From Piromyces finnis finn (taxonomy: Eukaryota; Fungi; Neocallimastigomycota), in contig MCFH01000022.1 in assembly GCA_002104945.1 (NCBI GenBank), forward strand, positions 248,001-312,000: a DNA stretch of 64,000 nt, in the 5' to 3' direction. The notes under the pieces were generated by a model that had not been told where the DNA came from, ran no database searches, and was given only the letters and a program-made list of their open reading frames with translations. The translations under genes and the position numbers were made by a program. Positions within the stretch are counted from its first letter, which is position 1; every line of letters starts with the position of its first letter. Positions 11,204 through 23,719 of the stretch are shown here, piece by piece.

Positions 11204-12121
11204 TTTTCTAATATTACAATTTTTATAAAAAAAAAATATTTATTTTTTCTTTTTTTTTTTTTTTTTTAAAATGAAAAAAAAAAATTATGAAATAAAGTAC
11301 AATATAAATATTAAAATTCAATATAATGAATTTATTAATTCAATATATGTATATTTTTTAAAAAAAAAAAAAAACCTATAATTAAAAATATTAATTATAA
11401 ATTATAGATATATTTACAATGACTTAATTTATAAATATTTAAATTTCAAAGTTCATTTTTTTTTCCTCTCTTTCTTTTATTTGGTATAAACCATTAATAA
11501 TTTTTATGATAATCAATAATAACAATAATTAAATAAAATAATGTATAAAGAAAGAGAAATTTTATTGAACATTTATTTCTTTAATTATTAATGTCCATAC
11601 TTCATTTTATTCTTTTCATTATATTTTTTGATACTATGATTAATTGGTGTATTAATTAAATCAACTTTACAAATTATAAATAAAATTAAATAAAAAAATA
11701 TCTCCCAATTAATATAAAAATCTGACAGCAGTAAAAAATAATAATAGTTAAAAATTTTTATTTTATTAATGTTTTTTTTTTTTTTAAGAAAAAGTACATT
11801 TTTATGGTTTATTTTTAAAAAGATATTCTATTAAAATTATACTTTAGTTTTTTTTTTTTTTTTTTATCCAATTTATTCATAGGAAATATTGTAAATACAT
11901 TTATTTTTTAAATTTGAATAATGTTTAATTGTTTAATTATTATTGATTATTAATTTATTCAAAATTGTAGGAAGGATTCTTGTAAAAAAAAAAAAAAAAA
12001 TATTATTTATTCTTTTCTTTTTGACTTTTAAAAAATTTTATTTGTTTTTCATTGTAATATTAAATACCTTATTTAGTTTAATAAAGTGTACATAGAGATA
12101 GATTTTAATTAAAAAAAAAAA

Positions 12122-12997
12122 TTAAATCATATTAATAGGACGACGGATGGTTGGTGCTGGGAATTCATTATCAAGTCGTTGTACGTCTTCTTCACTTAAC
12201 TTAATTTTATCACTAAGAACGTCATAATTATCACATAAATGTTTGATTTGTGTAGATTTAGGGATTGTTATATAGTTGGGTTGGGAATGAACAAATGCTA
12301 ACATAATTTGATAGATTGTGCAATTGTATTTTTCGGCAAGTTCTAATATTAATTCATTTTTAAAAATAGAACGATCTCTTACAATTGTTCCTGCTCTTGC
12401 CAAAGGTGAATATGCCATTAATGGGATACCAAATTTAACAAGTTCAGTATCTGCTTCTCGAGAAGCAATATGATATAATACTTGATTAACTACACAATTT
12501 TCACCGTTTGGTATACTTAAAAGTTCTTCCATATCTTCTACATCAAAATTAGATACACCCCAACGTTTTATTTTTTTTTCTTTTACTAATTTTTCCATAC
12601 AATAAACTGTTTCACGAAGAGGAATACTACCACGCCAATGTAATAAATATAAATCTAAATAATCTACCCCTAAACGTTTTAATGAATTTTCACAACTACG
12701 GAAAATATTTCTTTTTCCAGCATTGAATGGATAAACTTTTGACACAATGTAAAGATCTTCTCTTTTTACAATTCCATTACTAATTGCCTTATTTATAGCT
12801 TTACCTACTACTTTTTCTGCACCACCCTCACCATACATTTCAGCAGTATCAAGCAATCTTATTCCTAATTCAATACTTTTATATATAGATTCAACTTCTA
12901 AATCTTTTTCATCTTCCATTTCTCCCATTTCCCAAGTACCAACACCACCTTTTGGTATTAAACTACCATCTTTTAATTGAATTGTTTGTAAACCCAT
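12122..12997 (-). CDS. Aldo/keto reductase, bacterial (YeaE-like) type
   Basis: Intronless 291-aa ORF with AKR motifs GTWEMG, LDTAEMYGEG, IVSKV, LYLLHWRG, GVSNF, NQVLY and AYSPLA. Confidence 0.93.
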   Translation of the reverse strand: MGLQTIQLKDGSLIPKGGVGTWEMGEMEDEKDLEVESIYKSIELGIRLLDTAEMYGEGGAEKVVGKAINKAISNGIVKREDLYIVSKVYPFNAGKRNIFRSCENSLKRLGVDYLDLYLLHWRGSIPLRETVYCMEKLVKEKKIKRWGVSNFDVEDMEELLSIPNGENCVVNQVLYHIASREADTELVKFGIPLMAYSPLARAGTIVRDRSIFKNELILELAEKYNCTIYQIMLAFVHSQPNYITIPKSTQIKHLCDNYDVLSDKIKLSEEDVQRLDNEFPAPTIRRPINMI

Positions 12998-13299
12998 TTT
13001 TAATTATTTATAATTCATATATATAATATATATAATATATATATTTTATTTAATTCTTTTTGAATTCTCTTAATTTTAAATGAAATGTATTTTTTTAACA
13101 ATATTTAATTGTTATTTTAATTTATATTTTTAAATAAAACAAACTAGTACGTTATGAGAAATTATTGGTTGAAATAATAGATATTAATAATAATATAATT
13201 TTAATAGATACATAATTTATTATTATTATAATAATAAAAAATAAAAATAAAAATAAAAATAAAAATTAATAATAATATTTATAAAGAAATAATAATAAA

Positions 13300-14271
13300 A
13301 TGAATGGAAATATAATAAAAAACTCAACTAGATTAATAAACAAATCTCAATATTCAGTATCCACTAATTGTTTAAATAACATTTACAAAAAACTTTTTTA
13401 TTCTACAAATGCTAATAATAAAGGTTTATTGGGATTAGTATTAAATCAGGATGGAAGAGGTGGTTGTCTTATTGATATTGGAGCTCGTGAACCATTAATA
13501 ACTCGAAGTGATTATTTTAAAAGATTTACAAAACGTGTAGGAGCAACTTCTCTTTTTCTCGGTAAAGATATAAATGATATAGGTATAGATAATACTTCTT
13601 TAAATAAAAAAAAAACCAATAAAAAGAAAAAATCAAAAGCTGGTAAGCTTCAAATGATTGATATTCAAAAATTATTAGTTAGTCCACTTTTACCCCACCC
13701 GGATGCCGATCCTGTAGATACTTTTGAATTTGAATTTCAATTAGTTAAAGAAGCTCTTGATAATTGTTCATGGAAACTTAATGATTCATTAGAAATTCGC
13801 CGTTCAGTAATTTCTCAACATGCAGCAAGAATAGTTACTGGAGGTTTTATTATGACAGCACCAAAAAATGGATCAATTAATAATCCATATGATATTCTTA
13901 ATGCCATGTCAGAAGTATCAGATGAAGATAAGGAATTACAGGACCAAGGATTTGGTGAATTGGCTACAATGTTAACTCTTTCTTTAAAAGGTAAAAGATC
14001 AAAAGCTGTTTCTGTTTGTAGAAAAATGTCAAGATTTGCAAATCAATTAGCGAAACATATAACAATTTTTAATCCTCGTTACATTTCTGAGGAAGAATAT
14101 AAAAAAGAAACAAAGAAAACAGAAGTTCCAGAAGAAGATAAAGAAAAAATATTATTAAATCAAAAATTCATGTTTGATAACGAACAAACTGTAGCTGAAG
14201 CAATTGAAACTGTAGAAAGCATTGATGAAGTTAAGGTTACTGTATCTTCATTTGTTCGTTGGACATTATAA
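13300..14271 (+). CDS. Divergent organellar elongation factor Ts-like protein with putative hydrogenosomal presequence
   Basis: Segments match the EF-Ts core and C-terminus: KGLLGLVL...CLIDI, FKRFTKRV, KLNDSLEIRRSV, ANQLAKHITIFNPRYIS, LLNQKFMFDNEQTVAEAI and VSSFVRW. The N-terminal UBA-like domain is absent, and the NCETDFV motif position reads GAREPLI. The first 50 residues contain no acidic residue. Confidence 0.7.
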   Translation: MNGNIIKNSTRLINKSQYSVSTNCLNNIYKKLFYSTNANNKGLLGLVLNQDGRGGCLIDIGAREPLITRSDYFKRFTKRVGATSLFLGKDINDIGIDNTSLNKKKTNKKKKSKAGKLQMIDIQKLLVSPLLPHPDADPVDTFEFEFQLVKEALDNCSWKLNDSLEIRRSVISQHAARIVTGGFIMTAPKNGSINNPYDILNAMSEVSDEDKELQDQGFGELATMLTLSLKGKRSKAVSVCRKMSRFANQLAKHITIFNPRYISEEEYKKETKKTEVPEEDKEKILLNQKFMFDNEQTVAEAIETVESIDEVKVTVSSFVRWTL

Positions 14272-14328
14272 AATAAATATTTAAAAAACTATAATTTAAG
14301 AATAAATTTAATTGTATATTAAATTTAA

Positions 14329-14330
<2 letters not shown>

Positions 14331-14403
<73 letters not shown>
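14331..14403. repeat. (AAT)n microsatellite
   Basis: Pure aat repeat run downstream of the EF-Ts-like stop codon. Confidence 0.9.
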
Positions 14404-14407
<4 letters not shown>

Positions 14408-15074
14408 TAAGAATAATAATAATAATAAAAAGAAATATTTTTTTTTTTAAAAAAGTAATAGACCAATTTATATAATTGGATCAAAGGATGTTATTAAAGA
14501 TTCGACAATCTAGTGAGAGTGAGAGAAAAATAGTCAATATTTTTCAAAGAGTTACTTAATCTATGAAAGAGATGTAGTTGATAGTTAAAGTAAAACAATA
14601 TTATTTATAATAGAATAAATATATAAAACAAATAAAGTTTTTAAATATAATTAGAAAAAAAAACAACGACCTAACCTTTTGATTTTTTTTTTTTTTTTAA
14701 ATGGATCATTTAGTATTTATTCTACATTTTATATTTAATTAATATAAATTAATTGTAATACCACCTGTAGAATAATATATATATAAATTTTTTTTTTTAC
14801 AATGTATGAAATGATATATTATGATTAAATCTTAATTTTAAACAATATACCAAAATAAAAAAACAATATAATTAATATAAATTAATAAATGTATCAATAT
14901 ATTATTTTTTAATTGTCTTTCTTGTATTTTTTAAAACTATAAAAAAAAAATTTTTTTTTTTTCATCATTTTCTCTTCATTTTAACTTTTTATTTATCAAT
15001 TTATATAAAAGAATTTTAAATAAAAATCTTGGAATTTAAAATAATTCAATTTTAAAATTTAAAAGAAAAAAAAA

Positions 15075-16907
15075 ATGGTTAAAGATATTGATATTTCTTT
15101 ATATTTAGTTACTGATTCTTCACTTGTTCCAAAAGGCAAAACTTTAGCTCAAGTTGTTGAAGAAGCTATTGAAGGAGGTGTTACCTTTGTTCAACTTCGC
15201 GAAAAAGATTGCGAAACTCGTGAATTTATTGAAAAGGCTTTTGAAATTAAAAATGTATGTCAAAAGCATAATGTCCCATTCGTTATTAATGACAGAATTG
15301 ATGTTGCTTTAGCTGTTGATGCTGATGGTATTCACCTTGGTCAAAAAGATATGTCTATTGAAATGGCTAAGAAAATTTTAGGTCCAAACAAAATTATTGG
15401 TATTACTGCTGAAACTAATGAACAAGCTATTGAAGCTGCTAAGGCTGGTGCTGATTATATTGGTAGTTTAGCTATCTACCCAACTCCAACTAAGGATATG
15501 GGTGAAAATTTCAAGGGTTTAGGAAAGGAAGGTCTTGTTGACTTATTAGATACTCTTTATGAATATGATATGAAGGTTGTTGCTATTGGTGGTATTAATG
15601 CTACTAATTTGGATGAAATTGTTGATTATTGTAATAAGAACATCAAAAAGGGTAAGAATTTAGATGGTGTTGCTATTGTTTCAGCAATTATTGCTGCTCC
15701 AGATTCAAAGAAGGCCTCTGCTGAACTTGCTTCTATGATGGCTAAAATTGAAAAGGTTAATACTGAAACTCTTAATGCTGCTACTCCAGACTACGAAATT
15801 GTTAAGAAGGTTGGTGAAGCTTTATACCGTATTAAGGAAAATTCACCATTAATTCATACTTTAACTAACTTTGTTGTCATGAACGATACTGCTAATGGTA
15901 CAATTGAAATTGGTGGTAGTCCATGTATGGCACATGCTGTTGGTGAAGTTGAAGAATTTGCTACTATCGCTGGTTGTGTTGTTATAAATGTTGGATCTTT
16001 ATCACCAGAATTTAATGATTCTTTCTATTTAGCAGGAAGAGCTGCTGAAAGAGCCGGTACTCCAGTTGTATTTGATCCAGTTGCTGCTGGTGCTACTCAT
16101 TATCGTTTAGCTACTTGTAAAAGTCTTCTTTCTTCATTTAAGGTTACTGTTTTAAAGGGAAATGCTGGTGAAATATCGGCTATTGCTGGTTTTGGTGGTG
16201 CTGTTTCTAAGGGTGTTGATAGTACTGGTACTGTTGAAAAACCATATGAACTTGTTTCTAAATTAGCTACTAAACTTAATACTTGTGTATGTATGACTGG
16301 TGCTGTTGATTATATTAGTGATGGTAAAAAAACTATTTCTCTTCATAATGGTGATAAAATGCTTGAAAATATTACTGGTTCAGGATGTACTGTTGGTAAC
16401 TTAGTTGGTAAGTTTAAAATAAAATATAAAAATGAAATGTTTATCCTTAGAAAAATAAAATTTTTAATTCAAAGAAATCAATTATCCAAAAATAACAATA
16501 ATAATTTTAAAAAAAAAAAGAAAAGCAATTACAATTTTTTGAAATTTAATTCAAAATTTTAATTAATTTTAAATTGCATACAACTAATTCAGAATGACAA
16601 GTTGGAATAAATTATTATTATTATTATTTTGGAGACTTTTTAAATAACCTAAACAAAAAATATTTTTTAACTTTTTTTTTTTTTTTTTTTTAAAAAAATA
16701 GGATGTTTCGCTGCAATAGAAAAAGATCCTGTAATTGCTGCTGCTGGTGGTGTATTATCTATGAGTATTGCTGCTGAATTAGCAATGAAGCAACCAATCG
16801 TTCGTGGACCAAGAACTTTCTTTGCTGCTCTACATGATGAACTTTATCTTTTAACAGCTGAAAAGTTCCAGAAATATGCAAAGATTCATGTTGAATCATG
16901 GGAATAA
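15075..16907 (+). CDS. THI6: Bifunctional thiamine-phosphate synthase / hydroxyethylthiazole kinase (ThiE-ThiM fusion), 2 exons
   Basis: ThiE motifs QLREK and INDRIDVALAVDADGIHLGQKD; ThiM motifs TNFVVMNDTAN, DPVAAGAT, LKGNAGEI and ITGSGC. The intron 16408-16701 (GTAAGT...TAG) joins to exon 2, GCFAAIEKD...RGPRTFFAALHDELY...ESWE, with the stop at 16905-16907. Confidence 0.95.
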
Positions 16908-19839
16908 ATTAATAACTTTTAAAATATAAAATAGATACCATAGTTTAATTTTTTACTTCAAAAAAAAAAAAAAAAATACCATATCTATAGATTTAATATT
17001 TATAAATATTATATACCACAACTAAAAAAAAAATTTCCAAAGAAAAAAATAGATTCTTTTGTTAATATTTTGTATTTCTTTTAAATAATTAATTATTATT
17101 ATTATTATTAAATAATTAATAATAATAATAAAAAAAAATACATATTTCTTCTTTACTAATAAAAAAATATTATTAGAAGAAAATTAACAAAAGAAAAAGG
17201 TTTTATTTTAAAAGTAAAAAAAAAAAAAAACATTAATGTTGAATTTAAAATCAAACCAAAAAAAAAAAAATAAAATAAAATAAAAAATAAAAAATTAAAA
17301 AATTAATATTTTGTTATAATTTTTTTTTCTTTCTTTTTTCTTCTTTTCATTTTCTTTCATTGTAATGACTTTTTTGAATGAAAATTTACTTTTTTTTTCC
17401 AAGATTATTTAAAATGATGTTATTCTCTTATCATTCCTAGAGTTTTTTTTTTTTTTTTGTTTGTTTTGATCCGATTATAGGGTAAAATAAGATTATCCAT
17501 ATTTTATTCATTCATCGATGACATCTATTGTTTTTTTTTTTTTTTTAGGTTTTTAGATTTTAACCCTAAAAATTTCATAATATCGATTCCATTCAAAATT
17601 CGACTATAATCATTTAAATATTATATACTATCTTATATATATATATAAAAACTCCCTTAATTTTCAATGTTTGAGAATTTTAATAAATAAATTGTTTGTA
17701 CCCTATGCAATCATAATTCATGTATTAATTTTTTTTTCACCTTTATTTTTTTTATACATTAAATTTTTCACTTCCACTTTGAGTATTGTTTTATTATTGG
17801 ACGCCATCTACAATCAACTTAAAATTTTGTAAAAATATATATCATTGATCAAATAGATAAAGTTTTTTTTTTACCATATAAAAAAAAAGGTTTCTAATTT
17901 TTATATTTCTTTTTTTTTTAATAATAAATATTTTCTTATAAAAACTGTTTTTTCTTTCCTTTTTTTTCCCTATACTTTTTATATCATGTAAAAAATAATA
18001 GTTTATGAAGATTTATATAAATAAATTGTTATTTCTTTTTCTTTTAATCAATATCCTTTATCTATATGAAAATAATAATACCTTCTGGTTTTATTTTGAA
18101 AAGATACTGTTATACTTTTAACTTTTTTTTTATAAAATTTTTTTTTATTGTGCTTTCTTTCTCATCTTACAAATTGACTCTTACTACAACAAAAAGTATA
18201 TATTATTTTTCTCTAAAAAATTTACAGAATTGAAAAAAAATAAACATCTATTTTCATTTATTACTTTTTGTTTATTATAATATAGTTTATTAATAAGAAA
18301 AAGCATTGTTTCATATTTTTAATTCTTTTGAATAAATTAAAACCAAATGTTTACTCTGAGATAAATTTTAATCATAGCTTCCTGCATTTTTTCGTTTCTA
18401 ATACCATAACTTTCAGGTCAAATTTATGTTCATTTTGTGTAATAATCATTATTTAATAATATTTATTGTAATATTCAAATATTCCGAATATGAAAATATC
18501 ATATTTCTTAAAAGACTTTTCCAGTTTCTTTATATAACAATATTTTTCTTTTCCATTTATTTTACTTCCTGATAATAAAATCTTTATCCCATTGTTATTA
18601 TCATAAGGTGAAACTTCCAAATTTATTATGTGTTATTGAAAACCTTAAAAAGTATTTATGTTGGAGGTTTGTTCCATTACTTATTATTATAACTAAATAG
18701 TTTGTATATTTCTATTTAATACCTTATGATACAAATATAATATCATGTTTTATTCAATTTTTATGAAAAACTTTCTACACTTTCAAATATTTCCTTTTTC
18801 TAATTAAAAGTAAAAGGAAAAAGAAATTAAAAATTAAAAAGATTTATCCTCCATTATATACTTTTTTTTTTTTTTCGTTTTTTAATGAGTAATAAAAATT
18901 CATTGGCTTAGGATGATAACATTTGATGGTTTTAAAATCATTGCCATGTTTTAAGTTATTGCCATGAAAGAGTTAAAAATTTATACAAGAAAAATAAATA
19001 TTAAATTTTAAAGGTTGCTTTTTTTAATTTGTACGACATAAAATTTACAGAAAAAATTAATTTTATACCAAACTTTTTTTTATAAATTTTTTTAAAAGTT
19101 ATATAAAAAATCTCTTTTCAACCATAAAATATACATATACATTATGTATATACATTATATATACATTGCATTACAGTTTACATTATTATTTTCTATAAAA
19201 AATAATGTATTAAATAGTAAAAATATATTTAAATGTAATATTATTATTTTTTTTTTTTATTATCAAAAAGAGAGTAATGAATATAATAATATAGACCTTT
19301 TAACAGAGTTATGTATATAATTTAAGCATTTATAAAATAAATAGTATATTATACATATTATTCATTTGATTTTTACTTTATTTTAAAAGATATTTTATAT
19401 TCAATTATTTATTTTTTATTTTTTTATTTTTTATTAAATAAAATACTTCATATATATAATCGCTTTTTTTTTTTTTTTTTTTTTTTTTTGAATATTAAAT
19501 ATTTGCAAAAAATTAAAAAACAAAATTAAAATGAAAATTCGATAAAAATTATGTTTGAATACAACTTTTTTTTTTATACATATATATTATTTTTTGAATA
19601 AAAAGATCATAATTTTTTTTTTTATTATTGTTATTATTATTATTATTATTTTTATTTCTGATATAAAAAAATTGGTTAAAATAACTTATTATTTTATGTA
19701 GCTTATCAAAAAGTTCTAAATTATTAAATATTGTATTAAAAATTGTTTTTTTTTTTTTTTTTTTTTTTTTGGTTATATATATACATATATATATAATGTT
19801 AAATTTTAGAGTTTATTATGATAAATTTTGGATAAATAT

Positions 19840-21495
19840 CTAAGATCTGTAATCAGCATTAATGTGAACATATTCAACACTGAAATCACAAGTGTACATT
19901 CTAGCTTCTTCCTTACCAAGACCTAAATCAATATCAAATAACATTTCTTCTTCCTTTAAAATGGAAGAAGCAACTTCTTCATTAAGATCATGTGGTTCAC
20001 CATTCTTGAAAATAGCTAACTTCTTTTTACCGTCAGCAGAACAGATGTTAAGAGAAACCTTGTTAGCTTCAATATCAACACCACTGTAACCAACAGCACA
20101 AATAATTCTACCCCAGTTGGCATCTTCACCAAAGACAGCAGTTTTGATTAAGGAAGAATTAGCAATAGCTTCACAAACAGTCTTAGCTTCTTCAAATGTA
20201 CGAGCATTCTATATTTTAATGATTGTATTACATTAAATATTTTAAAATTATATTCCATAATAATAAAATATGTATCTATTTTATTTTAAAAAAAAAAAAA
20301 ATAAATAAAAACATATAAATTAGCTTTTTACTTACTCTAACTTGAACTGTAATGAATTTAGTGGCACCTTCACCATCACGAACAATTAACTTGGAAAGTT
20401 CAGTGGCAAAATCGGTTAAGGCTTGTTGAAATTGAAGGTATTCTTCTGAATTTGGATCATCAATAATGATATCAGCATATTTACCAGTCATAGCAGCACC
20501 ATTAGCTAAAACACAGAATGAATCATTAGTAGACATATCACCATCAACACTAATAGCATTGAAAGAACGTTGAGCTGCGAAATTTAAAGCCTTTTGTAAA
20601 CATTCTTGAGAAACACGAGCATCAGTATAGATGGTGGAAAGCATAGTAGCCATGTTTGGATGAATCATACCAGCACCCTTACATAAACCGGCAATACGGT
20701 ATTCACAACCATTACGAAGACGGTAAGTGTTAGAAAGAAGCTTTGGAATAGTATCAGTGGTCATGATAGAAGTAGCAGCTTCCATCCATGAATCATGAGA
20801 AGTACCAACCTTTTTAAATAAGGCAGAAATACCACTCTTAATCTTATCCATATCTAATGCTTTACCAATAACACCAGTGGACATAACTAAGGTTTCCATA
20901 GATGGGTTAGTAGTACCGGAACACTTGGTAACAGTCTTACTAACTTCACGAGCATCCTTTAAACCATCTAAACCAGTACAAGCATTGGCACAACCAGAGT
21001 TAATTAAAATACCTTTTATATATAACAGATAAAAATTATTAGTTATTAAGCTATTTTTTCAAAAATTTTAATTTCCATCATAAAAATAAAATATTAAGAA
21101 AACTAAAAAAAAAAAACTTTTTAAAATTTATTCATAAAAATATATAGTTGTAGTTAATAAAAATATTTACCTAAGAATTTTTTGTCTGGTTGTTGGCTAA
21201 GAAGTTCACGATCTAAAACAACTGGAGCAGCCTTAAAAGCATTAGTAGTGAAAATACCAGCACCAGTACATGGATATTCAGATTGAATTAAAGCAAGATC
21301 TTTAATATTATTTTTTTTTAAACCACAGTGAACACCACCAGCTTTAAAACCTAAAGGATAAGTACCGGAAGTTGGAATATAACGCTTCTTTGATTCAGAA
21401 GATATAAAATTAACATTGTTTAATAAATTTAAAGCAAGTTTTCCATTTTGGAATAACTTGTTCTTTAAAGAAGAGGAATTTAAAAATAAAGACAT
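19840..21495 (-). CDS. ARG7: Ornithine acetyltransferase / glutamate N-acetyltransferase (ArgJ family), 3 exons, organellar presequence
   Basis: Motifs GFKAGGVHCGLK, NSGCANACTG, KGAGMIHPNMATML, DGDMSTND, DGEGATK, KTAVFGEDANWGRI and INADYRS. Exons 21495-21171, 21012-20336 and 20208-19840 are joined by GT-AG introns. Confidence 0.96.
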
Positions 21496-22595
21496 CTTTT
21501 ATATCATATATTTATTTGAGTTTTTATTTTTTTTTTTTTGAAATTTTTTGTTTAATTGAAATATTTCAATGCATTTTATTGAATGGTATTTATAATGAAT
21601 ATTAATTTCCATAGTACATATATATAATTATATTAATAGGGAAAAAAAAAAAAAAAAAAGGAATGTATATATTAATTAAAATGTTCTTGGATTTCTTATT
21701 TAAAAATTTATATTTTTAAATTTATTTTTTTTTTTAAATTTGAATATATAATATATATATATACTTATAATACTTTTTTTTAAAAAAAAATAAAATATTA
21801 TATATTTGTTTAATATACTTTTTTTTTTTATTTTACCTTTGAATAAAGGAAATGAAATAATTATATAGAGGTGAAATATAAAAAAAAAATAATTTTTATA
21901 TATTCTTTGTTTAAAAATTAATATATAATATTTTAAAGATTAATCTTAATTATTATAGGTTATAAAATTTATGATTAAACTAAAATATATTACAATTACA
22001 TTATAAATATATAATTAAAATGTAATACATAATAATTTTTCAAAAAAAGTAAAAAAAAAATATATATGTATTTTTCAAGAAGTAATAGCAACTAAAAAAA
22101 AAAAAATCAATGGTATTATTTTAAAAAATATAAAAAGTTCTCTTTAGATAAACTATTGAAATTACTATAAAATAATGTTTTTTTTTTTTTTTTTCGACAC
22201 TTTATAAATTTATTTTTATTATAAAAGCATTGATGGTGGTAGTAAAAGTCAAATTATCTATTTTTGTTTTTAGTATTACAAAAATTAATTTTAGAAAATG
22301 ATAGGTTACTATTTATTACATTCTTTATTTTTATGATACATTATCAATACATTATATATAGAAAAATGATTCTACATCTTTGTTTGGATGATGTATAAAA
22401 TATCCCTTTCTAGAGATTACTTTAAAAAGCATATTAATTTTTATTTTTATTTTGTTTTTTAGTTTGTTTTTTGAGCTTGTTTTAATAATCCATATGTATT
22501 TTTTAATATGGTTTTTATATTGGCTAATATAAAATATGTATTATTAACATAGTATTATAGTTTTTCTTTTTTTTTTAGTTTTTTAAATTGTTAAA

Positions 22596-23469
22596 TTAAA
22601 ATTCTTTAATGGAGCGAACCTTAGCCATTTCAATTGCAGTTCCAGCCCAGTCAATAGCATGATTATGACTATTTTCACCAATACCAGCACGTAATAAAGC
22701 TTGTTCTTCATTTAAACAAGTTAATACACCGAAAATAACTGGGGTGTCGGTATCAATATTTACTCTCATAATTCCTTGAGTAACAGCTTCACAAATATAT
22801 TCAAAATGAGCAGTACTTCCCTTGATTAATACACCAATACAAATAACAGCATTGAAAGGTTTATCTGCTCTTTTTGCAGCTTCAATAAGATGGTGAGCAG
22901 TGTATGGAAGTTCATATGCACCTGGAATACCGTAGATACAAACGTTTTCTTCTTTAACATTATATTCATTGATTAAAGTTTCCTTAGCACCTTTAACGAG
23001 TGGATCAACGACAGTTGAATTCCTATTTTTTTTATTATAAAATTTTTAAATTAATTTTTCAGAAAGATTCTTAAATACATTTATTTTTATAACTAAAACA
23101 GATTTTAAAAACATTTTAAATTTATTTTATATACGGATTAAACTCGGTTATTTTTTATATATATAATAAATTTAAATAAAACAAACAATCATTATAACTA
23201 ATGCATATTGAAAATTATATAAATGATGTATCCATTGCAATTTAAGTTGAAATCTTTTATTTTATAATTTTATTATGAAATTTCGAATTAAGATTAATCA
23301 TCCAATTTTAACATTACTATTATTGATATTATTATTGTTACTGTTTTAGTTAAAATCCTGATTAAAATATTAATTACCATCTAGTGTGTACAATTAAAAT
23401 TCTGTAGTTTGAGCCATCGATTTTTAAATCGTCTGAAAGTGGTTTTAATCCCTTAATAGTTTTATCCAT
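22596..23469 (-). CDS. RIB4: 6,7-dimethyl-8-ribityllumazine synthase, 2 exons (not in ORF track)
   Basis: Exon 1 (23469-23378) reads MDKTIKGLKP...RILIVHTRW. Exon 2 (23022-22596) reads NSTVVDPLVKGAKETL...IPGAYELP...CIGVLIKGSTAHFEYICEAVTQGIMRV...PVIFGVLTCLNEEQALLRAG...NHAIDWAGTAIEMA. Confidence 0.96.
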
Positions 23470-23719
23470 TATTACCTAAATTATAGTTATTTTTATATAT
23501 ATATTTTTAAAAAAAACTTTTTAATTAATCAATTCTCTTTTCTATTTGAATTATAAATTTAAATGTATAATATTAATATATTTCATACTTTTCAAATGTT
23601 ATGTTTAAAAAAAAAAAAAAAGAGTTGGAATTTTAAATTAATAATATTAATATTTTTTTTTTAAAATGTAATACAATTTTTATATATTGTATACATTTGT
23701 TAAACATTTTTTTAAAGTA

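Noticed and set aside
16408-16701. TPP riboswitch in the THI6 intron
   Set aside because: The intron is almost pure A/T and lacks the CTGAGA and ACCTGAT core motifs.
18370-18650. Short coding-like minus-strand fragment (NLEVSPYDNNNGIKILLSG...)
   Set aside because: Under 60 codons, with no start, splice support or recognisable motif.
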